A stretch of 64,000 nt of DNA from assembly GCA_964035575.1 (NCBI GenBank), contig OZ037847.1, positions 1,488,001 through 1,552,000 of the forward strand, in the 5' to 3' direction. The notes beneath the pieces are model-generated. The model made no database searches. It was not told the DNA's origin and saw nothing but the letters and a program-made list of their open reading frames with translations. The position numbers and the translations under genes are program-made. The DNA comes from Rhynchopus sp. YZ270_cl-10 (taxonomy: Eukaryota). Positions 60,101 through 64,000 of the stretch are shown here, one piece after another; within the stretch, counting starts at the first letter, position 1; each line of letters opens with the position of its first letter.

Positions 60101-61407
60101 TTGGACAGCTCTGAGCGAAGCGACTCTGTGAGCAGCAGGCTTACCCCTGGGGGGAGCCCTCCTGTGCACCCACCTAGCATGGAGGCTGTGTGCGTGCAGA
60201 CGGACGACGAGACGTCGGTTGACCTGCTGGCACCAAAGGTCGACCATCGTGAGGGTAGAGCACTGTCCTTTAGCTCGCAGTCCACCGCCCCTGCGGCACC
60301 CAGCGCGCCACTGAAGACACAAAGCAGAAGCACGGTGAGCGTAGGGAGCGCACAACGCGAGCTTTCCTTTGGCCTGCCACGCACATCCTCTGCCAGCCAC
60401 GACATCGCAGGGCCGCCAGACGCGCCCTACAAATACAGAGAGGCACGCAGCACCATCAGTGTCGGCAGCGCACAACGCGATTTGTTCTTCCACGACGACC
60501 AACGCTTCAGCTGCGAACACACGACTTCCGCCAGCCCGATGCACGCTGGGCTTGACTACGAGGTGCTCAGCACACACAGCGTCACGCTCCGCGAGGTCTC
60601 CTTCTCCTCAGCACCGTACGCACCCTGCAAATACAGAGAAACGACCAGCACTGTCAGTGCGGTGGGCCTTCCACAACGCGAGCTTTCCTTTGGGATGAGC
60701 CGGAGTGCCTCTGGGAGCAGCAGCACAACCGTTGCGGGGGTCGAGGTGCGCCGCTTTGGCAGCGCACCGAGAGAGCTGTCGATGGCATCATCTAGCTTGG
60801 TGGGGACACCTTGCATGACACAGGCGGTGTATGGGTTGGGCGACGCGCGGTGCGAGAGCAAGGAGAGCACATCACCTCCGCTGCAGGTTTTGTTGAACGC
60901 ACCGGAGCGGCCTTTGCGGGATTCTACGGAGGCATTAGGCTGCAACAGCGGTGGCGCATCGGGGAGTGCACGGAGGGAACTCTCCTTTGGCGCAGTGAGC
61001 CACGGCTGCGAGAGCCTGCACACCTGCCGCAACCACCACAGCCCCCTCTCCTGGCGCAACGAAACACCCCAAGGTGCCTGCACCCTACAGTGCGGTGCAC
61101 CAGGCGCACCATGCCGGGGCTCGGTAGGGTCCGCCTTCGTCAGCCCCGTCACCAACACAAACGGCATCAGACGTCGTGCACGTGACACACGTTGTAGTGA
61201 CAGCGAAACCTCCGACAGAGTCTCCTCCTGGGGCCCTTCTTGTTACTACGATGACGTAGACTTTCATATGGACAGACGAAGTGTCTCAAATTCAACAGAA
61301 GATAGTCTTCGAATGTATGTATTTTTTTGAGGGTTTTTTTAGAAATTGTCATTTTTTTCTTTTTCAGCCGACACTCTGTCAATATCTACACCCCGCCGCC
61401 GTTGTGA
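57123..61407 (+). CDS. SNF2-family helicase/translocase, ERCC6L(PICH)/ERCC6-like; proposed join(57123..59810,59852..59931,59977..61314,61368..61407)
   Basis: Motifs GGILGDEMGLGKTIQ, WDYVVLDEGH, TGTPMQN, VLVFSQ, GGTGLTLTGA..VVIFDPDWNP..QAIGRAHRIGQ. A 41-nt GTATG..CAG intron (59811-59851) joins the two overlapping ORFs in frame. The family call is strong; the subfamily call is less certain. Confidence 0.88.
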
Positions 61408-62015
61408 TGTGGAGCAGATGTGAACAAAAAGAAATGCAATAACAAAACAAAAAAATGTGTATTTTTGTGTCAAAAAAGGTTTTGCTTTTGTCAAAGTTTG
61501 AAAAAAAGGGAGTGTGATACAGTTTTTTTTGTCAATTTGTAGGTCCTAGAACCTGCGGAAAAAGAAAAAGAAAAAGAAAAACTCATACAATAACAAAAAA
61601 AAGCAAAATAGCAAACAACCCCCTCATCCCCCCATAGATAGCACACAGACAGTGGTCACATATTGTCAACACATTCAATTTTTCAATTTATTTTCCGAAA
61701 AATATATTTTTTGCACAGACTATAAAGACGCATGAACCCTTGAAGTCATGTGTCTACCAACTTTTTCTTCCAAAGCAGATTAACATATTCATCTTCACCA
61801 AGCATTTTCATTGAAAGATTAGTGTGCACATGAGGCGCATTCGTCTTGCGAAACTCTTTTCTTCTTCTTTTTGTATTATAGCGTGGACCATTTCACTGAT
61901 TCGCCCAAAATAAATAGAACATAAAAATCTGACCAAAACATAAAGAACAAGAATACAGGGCTCGTCACAATAATCGAAGTATCACTTTGGTTACAATTTT
62001 TTTTTTAAAGCGTAC

Positions 62016-63131
62016 CAGGGCTTCCCGCAGGATCTGGGGTTTTGGCCTCCCAGGGGGACCAGCCAAAAAAAGGTGGATTTTTTTTTTTTTTTTTTCAATG
62101 ATTTTAATTTGTGTGGTGTGTAGCATTAACGCTGACGCTACGTTACGTTACGCGCCTTTACGCACTTTAAGTGGTCAAAAAAATTTTTCGACTTCGGCGA
62201 AAATGTCCCGGCAAACCGTTAAAACTGCTGCATTAACTCGCATATTGCATATCATCTCACGTTCCCCACCTTTGCGGAATAAGAAAAAATATGTCAGGTC
62301 GGTAGCGTGCAGACGTTTCCTCGTATAGACATCTACAAAAAGAAACGACAGTCATGGCAAAGGTTCCTGGCGAAGCCACGGTACGCAACATTTCAAAATA
62401 CTGTGATTAAAATTGCACATTTTACAGCCACACTATGTCATGGGTGGCTTGCAATCTTGCGCCGCAGGCGCACGGTACGCTACTTTTTTCTTTTGCCATG
62501 CTGCATGCTTCCTTTTCCTTCGGCGTTTGACCAATTGAGTCGCGTTCTGGCTGTGACGGGGTCACTTTGCCCATGAGGCATACTCGTGGTTCTTTGCAAC
62601 CGTTATTTTCTGCCTCTTCGGAGCCTGAGCCGATAACTGGGACTCCGCCGGTCGCTTTGCAAATTCCATTATGGAAATCTGTCTTGGTCCGGAGGACTTT
62701 TTTGGTGCCATCTTTTCCCCCTGTTACACGACGGTGATGTAACGGGTGTTACAAGTGGAGTTACAAGTGAGTTACATGTAACTTTTGTTACATGTAACTC
62801 ACTTGTAACTCACTTGTAACCCACCAGTTACAACCTGATTTTGCCTGTAATTCATGTATCCCACTTGTAACTCACTTGTAACGGTTTTTCACTTGTAACG
62901 TTACATGTAACTTCACTTGTAATGTACTGTACATCACCGTCGTGTAGTTGCCTGTATTTGGATGCGCGGGGACGGGAGGGTGGGAAAAATTAAAAAAAAT
63001 GTGGAAAATTCCTAATAGGCAGCCTCGGAACACTCAAGGGCAGGCTGGTCCCCCCTGGTCCCCCCTTATTATTTTTATTTTCCCCCAGGGGGACCAGTGG
63101 TCCCCCCTGGTCCCCCCTGTGGGAAGCCCTG
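62016..63131. mobile_element. CAGGG-ended non-autonomous element (hAT-like ends)
   Basis: TIR CAGGGCTTCCCRCAGG / CCTGTGGGAAGCCCTG, flanking direct repeat GCGTAC, subterminal GGGGACCA/TGGTCCCC repeats. Confidence 0.8.
62727..62944. mobile_element. 218-bp TA-TSD MITE nested in the previous element
   Basis: Perfect TIR CACGACGGTGATGTA, TA on both sides, body of GTTACAAGTGA/CACTTGTAAC repeats. Confidence 0.9.
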
Positions 63132-63134
63132 GCG

Positions 63135-63240
63135 TACGCTACTTTTTGTGAGCGGAAAGTGTCACGTCGTTCACTCACCTATGTGGAAGCGGAAACGCAT
63201 CAAACTACACAAAGGGGATGAGGGAACGATAAATGACTAC
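63135..63240 (+). ncRNA. Structured family D, copy 3, minimal form
   Basis: Same stems, variable arm deleted, inner hairpin GCG-GAAA-CGC. Confidence 0.55.
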
Positions 63241-64000
63241 TTTTTAAATGGAACGTAAGGAACTGTACATTTTTTGCTTTTTCTTCAAGATGACTCAGCG
63301 AAGTGAGACTTCGTAGCCCATCTGACACACCGTCCTCTTTGGTAGCTATGTGTGTACGAGAAACACTTTCATAATTCTAGTTTTTTTAAAATGCTTTCAT
63401 CTGGGGCTTTTGTTGTACACAAAGTGGCCTTGTTACGGTGGGGCAAGGTTACCGTGTATGTACGTCAGTCAAAAGGCGTCTGTATCAATACCTGCACTTT
63501 CTTTTTGAGTGTCTGCGTCCCGGCGTTTGCACTATCAGCTTCACTTTTTGAGTGGTTCGCATAGTTGTTACGAGCGATGCTCGGGGATGGACCCTGAGCA
63601 CTGCAGCTCAACACAAAAAAAAAAAACAAAACGACGCTGGTGTTTCGTTGTGTGTGGTGTAGTGCTTTCCCATACATTATGCACACCTTCGAAGTGCTTT
63701 CGATGCAACCAAAGCGCTGTTCTTTAGTTTGTAAAGAAAACCATTCCCGCTTTTGTTTCAGGTGACTAAGCTTACGAAGCTTACGTTCTCTCTCTCTTTT
63801 TTTTTTTGTTTAGATTTTCACTCCAAAGTTGAGGGTCTTTTATTCCCTTCTGTCGAATTGACTTTGGTATCTGTACTGGGGGGTTTTTTTAAACGGTGAT
63901 CAAGCATAGAGGCTGGTTCATCTGAACAGGTTTTTTTTTTGAAATACCAGAATTTATTATAGACTTTTCGCTCTCCCAACAAAACCCCGGACCGAGAGAC

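Overview
Gene-poor eukaryotic nuclear DNA, most consistent with a euglenozoan. A diplonemid-like organism is my inference from GC-rich exons in homopolymer-rich AT spacers, co-oriented genes, GTATG-type short introns and a CxxC..FCPVTGxxH motif. Four + strand protein genes are supported: a TM/coiled-coil gene with a MITE-containing intron, an uncharacterised EF-hand-like gene, an SLBP-domain gene and a spliced SNF2/ERCC6L-like helicase. The window also holds a 42-unit 77/83-bp tandem array and several non-autonomous DNA transposons (hAT-type with 8-bp TSDs, TA-flanked MITEs, a triple nest). The most unusual signal is roughly 100 short (35-150 nt) hairpin-forming elements in about 10 sequence families. 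Every copy I found is on the + strand. They share a stem-loop, often an (A/C)C..GAG apical loop, a 3' ACA/ATA/TCA-A(A)C motif and a U- or A-run. Some families carry segments antisense to the euglenozoan spliced leader or to canonical U2/U6 snRNA. All analysis was by eye, so counts and repeat boundaries are approximate.
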